The position numbers were made by a program, and so were the translations under genes. From the NCBI RefSeq assembly GCF_009914755.1, contig NC_060926.1: 64,000 nt of DNA; one strand, given 5' to 3'. Below are positions 1 through 14,928 of the stretch, piece by piece. Origin of the DNA: the human T2T-CHM13v2.0 reference genome, Homo sapiens. Each line of letters begins with the position of its first letter. Positions within the stretch are counted from its first letter, which is position 1. A model generated the notes under the pieces. That model saw only the letters and a list, made by a program, of their open reading frames with translations. It did no database searches and had not been told where the DNA came from.

Positions 1-1
1 T

Positions 2-306
<305 letters not shown>

Positions 307-469
307 TGGGAGTTATTGTTTGATGGGTACAGAGATTCTGTTTGGGAAATGAAAAAGTTCTGGAGATGGATGGTGGTGATGGTTGCACAATAATTGTAAA
401 TGTACTGAATGCTACAGGACCGTATTCTTAAAAGTGGTTAAAGTGTTAAATTTGATGTTATACATATTT

Positions 470-471
<2 letters not shown>
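307..471 (+). mobile_element. Old L1M (L1MB/MC/ME-type) 3' UTR end
   Basis: gaaaaagttctggagatggatggtggtgatggttgcacaa...aaaagtggttaaa matches the characteristic L1M 3' terminus. Confidence 0.85.

Positions 472-519
<48 letters not shown>
472..519. repeat. (AC)~24 microsatellite
   Basis: Perfect dinucleotide run at the L1 3' end. Confidence 0.98.
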
Positions 520-521
<2 letters not shown>

Positions 522-782
522 AGAAATGCATGGCCAAAAGTAAGGGTAAAAAGCAGATGAGTGTAAGGTGCCCGGAGTAGGTGTTGCAAGCCACCACTCG
601 TTTGGTTGTCTTCCTTTCTCACGGAGGTCATCTTAAAAACAGATGACTCTGAGGTAATGTGGCTTGGTGAAAGTGATATTCCACAGACCTTTTAGCAAGA
701 GTTCTGGAGCTGCGAATCTGCGCCATGAAATCTGTGGGCTTCTCATATTAAAAGGAAAAAAAGGTAACACAACACCACTCAC

Positions 783-828
783 CAAATAATGTAAAACGAA
801 CATTCTTGTTTTCTCTGGCTTCTCACAG
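783..828 (-). other. Candidate 46-nt exon, probably non-coding
   Basis: Minus strand reads T41-GGCCAG | 46 nt | GTGAGT: a consensus acceptor and donor pair. Confidence 0.4.
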
Positions 829-833
829 CTGGC

Positions 834-834
<1 letters not shown>

Positions 835-875
<41 letters not shown>
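835..875. repeat. A41 mononucleotide run
   Basis: 41 consecutive A with no adjacent Alu or L1 body. Confidence 0.98.
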
Positions 876-877
<2 letters not shown>

Positions 878-1359
878 TTCTTTATTTGAAATGCAAGTAC
901 AAGAAAACAGGGAGTATTTTTGAGTCCCTTTTGAAATTTTCTTTTGAAACCAGCATTTTCTTGGAGAGATTTATTAAATTCTTAGAAACTGCCAAGCAGC
1001 TTTTTTCTCATATGATAGAATTTGCCTCAATAAAGATTCTTAAATACATGGGCTTTCAAGAATTATAGGTGATTAAAAAAAAGAATATACTTTCTGCCAT
1101 TAGCATTGAGGTCCATGTCACGTGAGAGTACTTTCTGAGAATATTAACATTATAATATCATCCTGAAATTTTTCATTAAGAAAAAGTCATTCTTCATATA
1201 CCTACAGCAATTAATTATTAAACACTACAATAAGCTGTTCCAATCTTATTTAAACAAGCACTGAAAATACCAGCCTAATGTTAACCTATTCTGGAAAGAG
1301 CTCCCCAGGATTTCAGAGAATGTTCGGCTTCTTTAGAATCACGTTTTAAAGAGGGTTTT

Positions 1360-1523
1360 AGAGTCAGACAAAATTGGTTTATAACCTTGTCCTATGACTT
1401 TTTGGCTTATATGACCTTGGACAAGTCACTTAATTTTCCTGAACCCCAGGTTTCTAATATGTAAAATGGGACTGATGATAGTTCATATCCAGCAGATTGG
1501 TAAGATAATTAAATGAGATAATA
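1360..1523 (+). mobile_element. MIR SINE
   Basis: MIR core tgaccttggacaagtcacttaa...gtttctaatatgtaaaatggg...taaatgagataat. Confidence 0.8.
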
Positions 1524-1734
1524 AGACACTTTGGAGGGGAAGGAAGAGCTGGGGAATCTATTATTGCTCCCTTTGGCTTTTTCATTTGTGTTCATTTTCT
1601 GGGTCATATATTGTATTTCCTACTAGGCTTTGCCTGAATACAAAATTGGTTTTATGAAAATCACTGTGAGAACGTATGAAAAATACTTAATATGGTACTT
1701 GGCACACACAAGGGCATCAGTGGTGGTAGATTTG

Positions 1735-2090
1735 TTCATTCACAACCAATTCATCCATTCATCCATCCATTTAATCATTTATTTAAACAAATATTTATTG
1801 AAAACCCCATCTATGCCAGGGGTTCTTCTAGCAGCTATAAATGAGATAGACAAAGGTTTTGTCCTCATCGAGTTCACAGTCTAGTTGTGGAAAAGAGACA
1901 ATAAAGAGAGAAACATAAACAATTCTGCAAGTTATTCGATGCCAGAAAGCACATAATCTTGGCAGTTGGCTAGAAGGTGATGCAGGTAGAGGCCAGGCTT
2001 GCTCTTTGGCAGTTATTCAGTGTGGTTAGGGAATTCTTCCCTGAGAATTTGATATCTGAGTAAACACCAGAGCAAGGAGAAGTTAGGCCT
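1735..2090 (-). mobile_element. L2 3' end fragment
   Basis: cattca-type repeats, aacaaatatttattga...ctatgccagg and gagttcacagtctag match the reverse L2 3' end. Confidence 0.7.
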
Positions 2091-2473
2091 GTGAAGATGT
2101 TGGAGAATGGTGTCCAGGTACTTGAAAATCCATTTGGAAATCTAGAATTCAGGGAAGACATTGATGAACTAAAGCTGTGGCAAATTCTGCCCATTTCTTC
2201 TTTAGGCTCTGGGGCCCCAGGCCTGACTTCAAAGACTTCAGATGCTGGGTGCTGGCTGTGTGCTCACCACCTCCTAAGGACCTGCCAGGTTGCTAGCTCC
2301 TGGCTCAGCTCTTGCACCAACGGAAGCAGGCTCTATGCAGCAGCCACTTTCTGGGCCTCAGGCATGCATCTGTGAGTTTTGGGAGGTATGCAGATAAGGC
2401 CCTTGAAATAACACAAAATGATACTGTGGTTGATGTGAGCAGAGAGAATCCTGCTTTTTAAAAAATATTTCTG

Positions 2474-2730
2474 TCTAGGCGTGGTAGCTGCAGTCTACAA
2501 CCTCAGCACTTTGGGAGGCTGAAGCAGGAGGATCCCCTGAGCCCAGGAGTTTGAGACCAGACTAGGCAACTTAGTAAGATCTCATCTCTACAAAAAATTT
2601 GAAAATTAGCTGAGCATGGTGGCATGCACCTGAGGTCCTAGCTACTAGGGAGGTTGAGGCTACCGTGAGCTATAATCATGCCACTGCACTCCAGCCTGGG
2701 TGACAGAGAGAGACGCCATCTCTGGAAAAA
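2474..2730 (+). mobile_element. AluJ-type with ~30-bp deletion in the right arm
   Basis: J-type gaggatcccctgagcccaggagtttgagacc; the right arm jumps directly from gggagg to ttgaggctaccgtgagc. Confidence 0.9.
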
Positions 2731-4977
2731 CAACTCATAATTCTTCCTAGCCACACAGGACATTGGGGCTCTGTTGCACTGGAGACAACACTAAGGGGAG
2801 GGACCAAAATCAGTGAATGAGCAGACAACCTTGACAAAACCAAGGGCTAAGGCAGAATGGGAGGATTTGTGCCGCAGGTCAGAAATGGAAAAAATAAGCA
2901 ACAGTGGAGATCCAAAGGTGGGGTGAAGGGAGGTTAAGGGGCTGGATGAATTCTCTGAGACACATTAGCAGCCACACATCCTCTAAATAGGGTGTCTGCT
3001 GCCTTGGTCTTGGGTCTGAAAGTTGCTGGTTCTGTCACTGAAGGGAGCTGTTTGTGAGGGAAGCCTTGGGTCTGCAGCAGAATACACTCTGAATCATCAC
3101 AAGGAAGAGAATAAGGTGAGATTGTTTAGTTGTTGGGTGTGTGAGGGCTCTGGGAGATGGTCCAAGGAAATCAGAGAGTATTAGCTCAATGTGTATGATT
3201 TGCTCCAGATTATCTTAGGCATTGTGGGTGACACATTTTCGGGCACTCTGTAGTATTAAACCGCATAATTTCAGATATGTTCAGATATGTGGTCTAAGCA
3301 GTGCTTGAAATCCCCCTCTAGAGGGATTCTAGACTATGTTCCACTACTTTATTGTAATGTAAACCATGGAGGTATTACCTGGGCCCTCAGAAATGACTTC
3401 TTCCTCTGTAAGTAATGAATAATCCCACTCTGATAATGTGTATGTAGGTGCCTTATAAACCAGTGAAAGCTGTACAAATACGAGACTTGGTTGCAATGAA
3501 AAGAAGAGTGAAAACACCATGGAAATAGTGGATGGTTGTAGATGGTACAGCATGAATGTGGCTACCAGGGCATGAAACCCTTCCAGGGCAGAGTCTCATT
3601 GATGGCAGGACCTTGACGAGGCACCGTCTTCCATATTCAGAAGTTTAAAGTCTTCAGATTTGGAGATACTCAGATTGATTTTTGTCAGTTAGTTCAGAAT
3701 GATCAATCCCTAGAGGACTGACCCAGGATACTCAAACTCAAAACAGACTGATGTACACCAGATCACCAATGGTTTATTCAAATGCTTTCCAGTATTAACA
3801 TTCTAAGGTGGTTTATTTTTTTTGGATTTTGTGATAATCTTTATCCTGTGATTTAACGCATTTCACTGGTAGCCTTAGTTTGGATTAAAGCATGTAACTC
3901 AACTTTTGTATCTTTTAGGCTTGGAACTAAAGCTCAACTCCAAAGATTGTGGAGCAAAGAGACAAACGTAGGTTAAATAACTCTCACATGTTACATAAGA
4001 TTTCAGGGAAGTGGAATAGAGAACAGGATGGAGACCTCCCGAGTGCTTGGTTTTACCATTTCTTGGGGGAGACCTGGTATAAGAAACTAATTTTAGACCT
4101 CTTTTTACTAGTCATTGTTCTCCCATTAAGTGGCTTCAGAAAATGCCCTTACACAGCCTTGATTCAGACTTTTACAAGGTGTTGGTACATTTTTTCAGAA
4201 TACAATTGGAGGAATAAATTTGGCTTGCCTGTAATATTATGGGCAAGAGTCTAATACTAATACTAATATTAGACTCTTGGCATACTGATTTGTATAAGCT
4301 CCCCCATCTACCCTGGTTGCCATTTGGATGCCTACCTGACCACCACTTTCACATTTCTCCATGGATCAGGTGGGAAATATAAAATCTAAAATATTTACCA
4401 ATTACCTCTTTACTGTGGAAAATGTGCATAGGATTCCTCAGAGAAAAAGAAATGAACTACTAAAATGTTAAAAACATGAAACTAGATTTTCTTTAGTTTG
4501 CCCCAGGAAACACGAGGGACTCCTTCATGAGCTAATTTAATAATATGCCAGCGGTCTGCATCTATGTGTATATTCAGAAACTCAATACACTTTCAGAGGG
4601 AGGCTCCAGCTGAATTGGTTTTTGATAAGACATTTTAAGGGAATATTGGGGGCCAGGCAAGTGACCGTCACCAATCTTTTCAAATCAAGAAGGTTATTCC
4701 CATTGATGTTTGAAGGATCAGGTTGGAAATCTCAGTCTACCCTACATGGCTTTGATGACCGGCCAGCGCTGTGTTTCCTCCACACTGTGACCAAAATTCA
4801 AATTAATAACAATTATATCGTATAGCACTAGTAATCTGTAATAGTCTACAAAAAATTCCTTGAAGAGTCTGGGAAGTAAAAATGATCGTTACCCTCTGTT
4901 CACAGATGGGGAAACTCAGAAAGTTTCAGTCAGAAAAAGAGCTAGACTAAGACCCAGGCTATCTGATTATGGACTTT

Positions 4978-5000
4978 GTATATATATATATATATATATA
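4978..5000. repeat. (TA)n microsatellite at Alu tail
   Basis: Perfect TA run abutting the Alu. Confidence 0.95.
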
Positions 5001-5615
<615 letters not shown>

Positions 5616-7439
5616 TAATCGCATTTTATCTGTTGGGGGCCAGATGAAAACACTCTTTAGGTAAATTTACTTAAAGGAAATCTAATCCAAATTCACAGAA
5701 AATATATTATTTACTTTACAAAACAATTCACAACAAAATTCTTTAAACGATTAGGATCTCCAGTGTACTTAAAATGTGGTCTAATTTACAAGCCACTATT
5801 CATATCACTTTAGGAACACAACTCCAGCATGAAGATTCACTCACACAGGAGGGCTGAAGGTGAGGGAAGGGAGCCATTTTTGTTTGCAATATCAAAACAC
5901 TAGTAGATCTCAAAATAACTTTTGGGTGGCACCATTTGACCAATACCCTTGTGAGGGTGTGGTCTATGTTCAAGACAAAAAATATTTAATTATCCAGATG
6001 CTCAGAACTTAAATACTCCAGGGAGTTGTTTATCTCGTTTTAGGAATGATGAGAAACTTCAGTAGGGATTTCAGCCTTCGTATTGTCATTGTTGCTAAAG
6101 CTACCTTTTGAGTGCTGATGAAAGAAAGTATTTCAATTGCTTAAGTTGGATCGGATCAGAGAAGATGTTTAAGAAATCAGGCAAAATCATTCTATCAACA
6201 GGATTAGTCCAGAGGTTGATGACTAAAGAAAACAGAAAAACTAAAAGGAAAGGCCAAAAGAACTTTCATTAGAGTAAGCCCATCTTATTAAACACTCAAC
6301 CCTGTGGTCTTGCTGACACCGTCACATCACTGAAATTGGCCGTTGATAGGGTGTGATTAAAGCTATGTCAATACAATAGCAAAATACTAGGTTGAAAAGT
6401 GGAAGATTCAATTAATAAACTGTTTTGTTTTTCTCCCAGAAGATGCTGAACAACTGGTTTTGTGACATTTTCCTCATTCAGCTGAGCCAACCAGTTGGTC
6501 TGGTATCTCAGGGATATGGTCTATGAAGTCTTTTTGAAGGCTGCTTCTCTTTGCTTTTAAGTGTTCATTTGTAGATTTCTTTTCTTTTATCTTGGATTCT
6601 ACAACAATGCCTAGGACTTTTGAAACCGTCATACAAAGGTTTCTATGGATTTCAGGGCAGCTTAATTGAATGTACCCCAAGTATCTTGAGTTAACTAACT
6701 TTATTCAGTGATTATCACAAATTCTTCATTTCCCAATTTTTGCTTAAACTGATCTCATCTGTGCATTCAAGGATCAATGTGGGTGGGAAATCCAATTACA
6801 TCAATATTTTATTTTCAGAAAAATAGCAAGCAGGAGGGTCCACTGAGACCCATTACATTTTCAGAGTTCAGCACAATTGAGTGCTATTAAATAAATCATT
6901 GGCATATGATCACCTGCCATTTATTTTAGTGTGAAATGATCTGTTACAGTAGATAGAAACTATTCTATACCATCGACAAACAGATAGTTCATAGCCTTAA
7001 ATTAGTTAGCCTATTTTTGTAACGAATAGAGACTTAATTTGAGTTTTCTCATCCTGGGAACATGAAACAAAATTATATCATACAGTGAGTAATGGTTTGA
7101 AAAATTTTAATTTAGTTTGGCACCGTGGGTTCTTCTAATTATTGCTGACTCTTCACACAGCAGAGACAGTGACCCTAAGCCCGGGGGCAAAACAGCTGCT
7201 TTTCACCTGCAGACTCATTATCGAACTAATTATTCTTCAAATAATTTTATAATATTCATGCTGAACCTAATTCTGAACCTATAAATACAGGTTTAAGTCG
7301 TTTATAGTATGTGCTCCTGCTCATTCCTGTACCCCAACCCCATACTGCATGGTAGAGAAATTGCCTGTTCCAACTACTCAGAGGGACATTTTTTATGTTT
7401 TCTATCTTGGATAAGAATTAGTGATCTGCACTCGTGTTT

Positions 7440-7700
7440 CCAAGGCCAGTGTGGCCCAGCTTTGCTTGTGGCCAAAAGACTGTAGATTAAAATCTTGAAT
7501 CAGTTGTCAACATTTGGAAATTGGAAATTCTGCACAAGAATCCGGATTCCTGACTTTGCTTGGAAATTGGACTACTGGCAACATGAAAACCCTTCTCCCA
7601 GGAGATAATTAGCTAGAGCTAAGTGACAAGCGTCTCCTTCAGAAGGAACATGTACTTGCCACATTTCCAGAGCCAACATGGAAGCTCAGTGTCAGTTGCT
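7440..7700. mobile_element. Ancient hAT DNA transposon fossil (MER102-like)
   Basis: gttgtcaacattt...aagaatccggattcctgactttgcttggaaattgga...ctggcaaca resembles the remembered consensus; boundaries approximate. Confidence 0.5.
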
Positions 7701-8034
7701 GATCGTTAATTTATACCTTTCTCCATTCATTTTATTTCCTGCTTGCTTCTAAGATTGTTTAAGAATTTCATGGGCTCTAGGCATTCTTACTTTAAAAGGT
7801 CCTGCTTCATATCATATGAAATATATTTAATCTACATCCCACATTAAATATGGAATTTCTTTTTTGGTCATAAATGGTTTAGTAAGGATTGTATAATTTT
7901 ATTTTTGAAAATAATTTCCATTTTTTCATTTTTTTAATATTATGGAATACATATATATATATATACACATACACATATACATATATATATATTTTCAGTT
8001 TTCAGGCGATTATCACAGGCCATGGAAAAGCCCA

Positions 8035-8173
8035 GGCTGGGCATGGTGGCATGTGCTTGTAAACTCAGCTACTTGGGATGCTGAGGCGGGGAAAATTGCT
8101 TGAGCTCAGGAGTTAGAATTCAGCCTGGGCAATAGAGTGAGACCCTGTCTCAAAAAAAAAAAAGAAAATAAAA
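8035..8173 (+). mobile_element. Free Alu monomer (FLAM/FAM-like)
   Basis: Single ~120-bp monomer ggctgggcatggtgg...gagaccctgtctc plus A tail. Confidence 0.85.
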
Positions 8174-8534
8174 GTACATAGGCCTGAGATACTGTGGCTG
8201 TAATGCTGTAATGCTTAAGGAATCAAATGATCCCCTGGATCCCCATCGGCATTTGAAGTTCTGACCCTTAGCTAGGTTCAAATTGGCATTTTAGAGAGCT
8301 TGTAGGAGACTGGGCAGTGTCCCAAGGAATAAATAAGGCAGAAGTCCACTGACTCACAGACCTGGGGTGGAAGGAAGGGTGTAACTTCCCTGATCTTTTT
8401 GAGTTTTTGAGATTTGAGGTTTCTTTAAATGACAGCCTTGGGTCTTACTTGTCTTGCACAGTGCTTCCTAGCTTGGAGTGGGGTAGGGCTGAGGGGTGGT
8501 GAAGGGATGGTTTTGGGTATTAGAGACGTTTTAA

Positions 8535-8856
<322 letters not shown>

Positions 8857-8889
8857 TACATTCACTTTTGAAAGTATCATCTACATGTC

Positions 8890-9434
8890 CGGTCACACAC
8901 CGCATAATAACATTTCAGTCAATGATGGTGGACCTATAAGATTACATAATACAGTATTTTTACTGTGCTTTTTCTATATTTAGATATGTTTAGATACACA
9001 AATACATTGTGTTACAATTGTCTACAAGCAAACTTGTTCAACCCATGGCCCACGGGCCACATGTGGCCCAGAAAGGCTTTGAATCCAGCCCAACACAAGT
9101 TCTTAAGTGTTCTTAAAACATTATGAGATTTTTTTGTGTGATTTTTTTTTTTTTTCAGCTCATTGGCTATCATTAGCGTTAGTGTATTTTATATGTGACC
9201 CAAGACAATTCTTCTTCTTCCAATGTGGCCCAGGGAAGCTGAACGATTGGACACCCCTGGTCTACAGTATTCAGCACAGTGACATGCTGTGCAGGTTTGT
9301 AGCCTAGGTACCATGGCCTATACCCTAGAATGTAGGTGTGCCATTAGTACACTCCATGATGTTCACATGATGATGAAATTTCCTAACAATGCTTTTCTTA
9401 GAATGTATTTCTGTCATTAAGCAGCACATGACTG
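8890..9434 (+). mobile_element. Tigger3a/MER7-type DNA transposon, split by MER30
   Basis: Starts cggtcacacaccgcataataacatttcagtcaatg, ends cacatgactg followed by TA; internal agatatgtttagatacacaaatac motif. Confidence 0.8.
9029..9259 (-). mobile_element. MER30 (hAT-Charlie MITE)
   Basis: Ends ccaatgtggcccagggaagc...attggacacccctg; flanked by gtctacaag / gtctacag, an approximate 8-bp hAT TSD. Confidence 0.85.
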
Positions 9435-10059
9435 TAATTTAATTTATTTTTAGTTGCAGTTGACTAGTTTACTAAATTTTACAGTGTAGACTTTTAATTG
9501 AACCATACATTAATTTTAGATTTCACAGATTTCTTTTTTTTCTTATTTTTTTTTGTGTTTTTTCTTTTGTATTTTGGGGCCAATGCATTTCTTTTATTCA
9601 GTGCCCCAACTCTTTAATTTGTCCTCAGCACTGTCTTAGGCATGAGGCCTGTTCCTTTGCTGACTTACAGGCACAGCACCTCCTCTGTAAACAGGCCTAT
9701 GGTATCTCAGAGGTCTGTAAGATTTCTGTGTAGATGGACGATGCTTCACTCTGAGTTTATGTGGCTTAGCTTCTCCTCCCCAGGTTTAGCAGAAGATGTA
9801 TATGCGTAGGGAGAGCTGCTTTTTAATTTAGCTCTTTTGAAAGGTCCTTGAGGCCCAAGTCCATAATGGCATTGTAGGCCCCTTGATGGGACAAAGGGGA
9901 AACTCAGTGCAAGGCAAACAACCTCCCGGCATGTGACATTCCTTCCATCACTGTTTATCCCAGGGCCTTACACAGCACCGTTTCAGGTGGAACCACCTGG
10001 GAGCTGTTACAAAGGCAGATTCCTGGCTCTACTCCATTCTTACTGAAGCCTTAAGCCAG

Positions 10060-10530
10060 AAAGTGTTTCAGGATGCCTTTTAACTTGATGATAAACAACA
10101 GCAACAAAAAACAGAAGCCCTTTATTTTCTCTAATCTCTAATTGAAATATTAGCAGTTATGATAATAGGCAACAAGCCACAGTGGTATTAGTAATGCCTG
10201 TGACTTGTCACCCATGGAAATCATAGATAGTTTCATATCACATTATGGTGTTTGTGGGTATCTTGAAATGTCTTCGCTGCTCATTATCACCTCAAAGTCA
10301 TTGATAGTTATTAGACTAACTAGATCTTACTATTTAATGTAGTAATAAAGAAGCTTGTATATTATATAACTTGTTTCTTTAATATTTGGATAACTGCATT
10401 CCAATATTGGTTTTCTTTATTAGTCTCTGTGTTTTATTTTAGATGCTTAACAACATTATTCTGAGAAGGTGCCCATAGGCTTTCTGAGACTGCCCCCAGG
10501 ATCGATGCCACTGTAAGGTCAGGAAGCCTG
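10060..10530. mobile_element. hAT-Charlie element (MER119/Charlie7-like)
   Basis: attattctgagaaggtgcccataggctt...gactgcc terminal motif and internal gcagtggtattag...cctgtgact motif. Confidence 0.6.
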
Positions 10531-10860
10531 GACTGGAGCTGAGACCGACTGATTAGCAGATTCACTTTCTGTGATCAGGAGAAATAAAAGCCAGCCTAGG
10601 GGTTGGAGGTGGTTAGAACAAAAGCCCCTGTGTGAGAAAGTACCTGGGATTTTAAGAATAGAAAGAGGCTGATGAGTTTTGAGAGTAGAGAGTATGGGAA
10701 AAGTGAACGTAGATGGGTCAGTGAGTGGACAGGGGCCAGGGCAGGACTGTGAATTGCACTTTGTGTGACTGAAGGCAGTTGGAGAGTTTCAGCAGGGAAG
10801 AGATATGATGGTGGCTTATAGAGTAGACAGTAGAGTAGAAAGTGGATTTAAGGGAAGGTA

Positions 10861-11172
10861 TTTTTTGTTTTTTTGTTTTGTTTTGTTTTTGAGACAGAGT
10901 CTCACTCTGTCACCCGGGCTGGAGTGTGGTGGTGCAACCTCAGCTCACTGCAATCTCTGCCTCCTGGGTTCAAGTGATTTTCCTGCCTCAGCCTCCTGAG
11001 TAGCTGAGATTACAGGCACCTGCCACCACACCCGGCTAATTTTTGTATTTTTAGTAGAGATGGGGTTTTGCCATGTTGGCCAGGCTGATCTCGAACTCCT
11101 GACCACAGGTGACTAGCTTGCCTTGGCCTCCCAAAGTGCTGGGATTACAGGCATGAGCCACTATGCCTGGCC
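10861..11172 (-). mobile_element. AluSx-like
   Basis: Full reverse Alu; gggaaggt on both flanks. Confidence 0.95.
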
Positions 11173-11382
11173 TAGGGGAAGGTTTTTAAGTACAAAAACC
11201 TCCTCAAAATTCTAGGCATAAGTGGAAATATAAAAGATAACAATGATATTAGAATATAGTATCAAAATATATTCTTTAATTGTTATATAAAAACATATCT
11301 ACTTTCTTAACATTGACAAGATCTAAATTTTATATGTGGGTATACACACACGCACACACCAATTTCCATGGTGTGGCAAGAA

Positions 11383-11862
11383 TTGACAAAGATTCTTTGC
11401 TTGGCCAAACTTTAGTCAGGCTTCTGAATCTTCTCCCAGGCCCATCTGTGTACTTCCTTGTAAAATCCAGTTTTAGGAAAGAGCCCTGCTAAGTCAGTCT
11501 AGCAAAACCTTTCTCATCTTTGATATCTGATCATCCTTAATATCTGATCAGTTTCCTAATCCTCTACCATCCCCAAGGTGATGTTTAATCACCCTGGCCT
11601 GTCTTCAGCAAGAATCCTGTTAGGCTGGCTTAGTCAGAATCTCTCTTAACCCTAAGGTTTCTTCTTAGAAGGAGTCCACTGACTTCCATACTACTCCTTG
11701 GCTATAAATTTCTGCTTGCCAAAGCCGTATTCAGAGTTGAGCCCAGTCTTTCTCTCCCACTGCAAGATCCATTGCAGTGGTCCTCATACCTATCTCGCTG
11801 GTTCTGAATAAAGTCTTCCTTACTGGGCTTCAACAATATTATTAAATAATTTTTTTCCTTGA
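11383..11862 (+). mobile_element. ERV1 solo LTR (MER31-like)
   Basis: Starts tgacaaagattctttgcttggccaaactttagtcaggct; contains TATA-like ctataaat and aataaa; gaat on both flanks. Confidence 0.75.
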
Positions 11863-11884
11863 TGGAATAGAAGCAGAAAATAGA

Positions 11885-13450
<1,566 letters not shown>

Positions 13451-14689
13451 TAGTTATGGAGATGGAGAAAATGAATGGATTTGGGCCACTACATTACTAT
13501 GTTTAGTTAGTAAAGGTGCTAAGACTTGCTGATCGAGTGGATGGGGGATATGGGTGAAAGAGAGGGCTTAAAGGTGAAGCAAGTCTAGTTCTCCTCACAG
13601 TCCCCTCCTGCTCTGCACATTCATCATGCTGCAGTTGGGTGGCCAATGAATTCATCCAACTGGGTTACCTGGACTCTAGCTAGCTGGCTCTGGCATGAGG
13701 AATTTATGAGATCAAACTGCATTTATAGGCATGATGCTTGATGTAGTATTTACCTTGCTAGAAAACAAAGGGAGGTGTCCAGCATTCAGTGAGAATGATG
13801 TCTCTGAATTTTTTCTTCAATTCTGGAAAAGTTGGCTATTTGCAGGGCTCTTGAAGAGTAATAACCACTTTAGTCCCAAATGTTCGTATATAGGTCAAAA
13901 TCATCTTTCTTCCTTATAAGCATTTCCTCTGAGTGTTGAGGGTCTGCTTTCAAGTTTAAAGCAGCTTTTTAGTGGTATCATCTCTTTTAAAACAGGATCA
14001 GAAGGTAAATGTTCTGGAGAGACTAAAATCACCTGGGTAACCATTATAAAAGACACACTCACATTTAAAGACCACAGTGCTACTGAGATATGAAATTTCA
14101 GTGTAAATTCAGCCCAAGCTGAGAGCATTTATTTTTTTCCCCTGGTTTTTCTGATGAGAAGCGAGAACAGATATTTGGAGAGGAGGAAATTTCATATCCA
14201 AAGGGTTTTGTTTTCATCAGAATCCAGCTTGAACATGATTAACAAGAAACTTGTGAAATACATAGCCACTGTGAAAGAAGATGCTGGTCTTGCTAAAGGT
14301 GACAAATTGCCATCCAGCATTCTGGTTTTATTTAAGAAAACTTATGGGCACTGTGCATAGCCAAGGAAGCTAGGGACAGAAGAAACTACAGGTTCATACA
14401 AGAGAAAGTAAAGCTGCCTGTGCTACTGAAAGGTTTTTTTGTTTGTTTATTTTTTGTTTTTTGTTTTTTTGTTTTAACTCTCAAGGTTGTTTTAACTCTC
14501 AAGCCACTGACAAAGCATGAGAATAAAATTCCTTTGAAGATGGACTGTCACCTAGACAGGATACACTATTTAAATCAGTGATCTTCACCTCTTCAGACTC
14601 ATATGAGGATAGGTCAGAAAGAAGGATAGGCACAATCTCCCTTATAGACCAGGATGCCCAGCTACTTAATCAACTAAAGGTTGTGTAGC

Positions 14690-14928
14690 TTAATGCTTAT
14701 GAATACTAGCTCTTTGTCCAGACTGCCTAAGTTCAGATCCCAAATTCTTTAATTGTATATATGTCATAAGGCAAATTACATAACTATTTTGCAGTACAGA
14801 TTGCATATTTTACAGTGCAGATGGTAGTACCTAATTCATAGGGTTGTTTGAGGATCAAATGAACTTATTTGTAAGAAATGCATAGAACAGTGCCTTGGCA
14901 CATAGCATGTGCTCAATAAATATTAGTA
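14690..14928 (+). mobile_element. MIR SINE, followed by a reverse L2 remnant to ~15030
   Basis: ccagactgcctaagttcagatccc...gtacctaattcatagggttgtttgaggatcaaatga...ggcacatag...gctcaataaatattag. Confidence 0.8.

Noticed and set aside
520-875. Processed pseudogene or retrocopy ending in the A41 run
   Set aside because: No AATAAA shortly upstream of the run, no TSD and no recognisable mRNA or small-RNA body.
14462-14502. Short tandem duplication of ttttaactctcaag; similar ones near 3270 and 30064
   Set aside because: Ordinary replication-slippage duplications.
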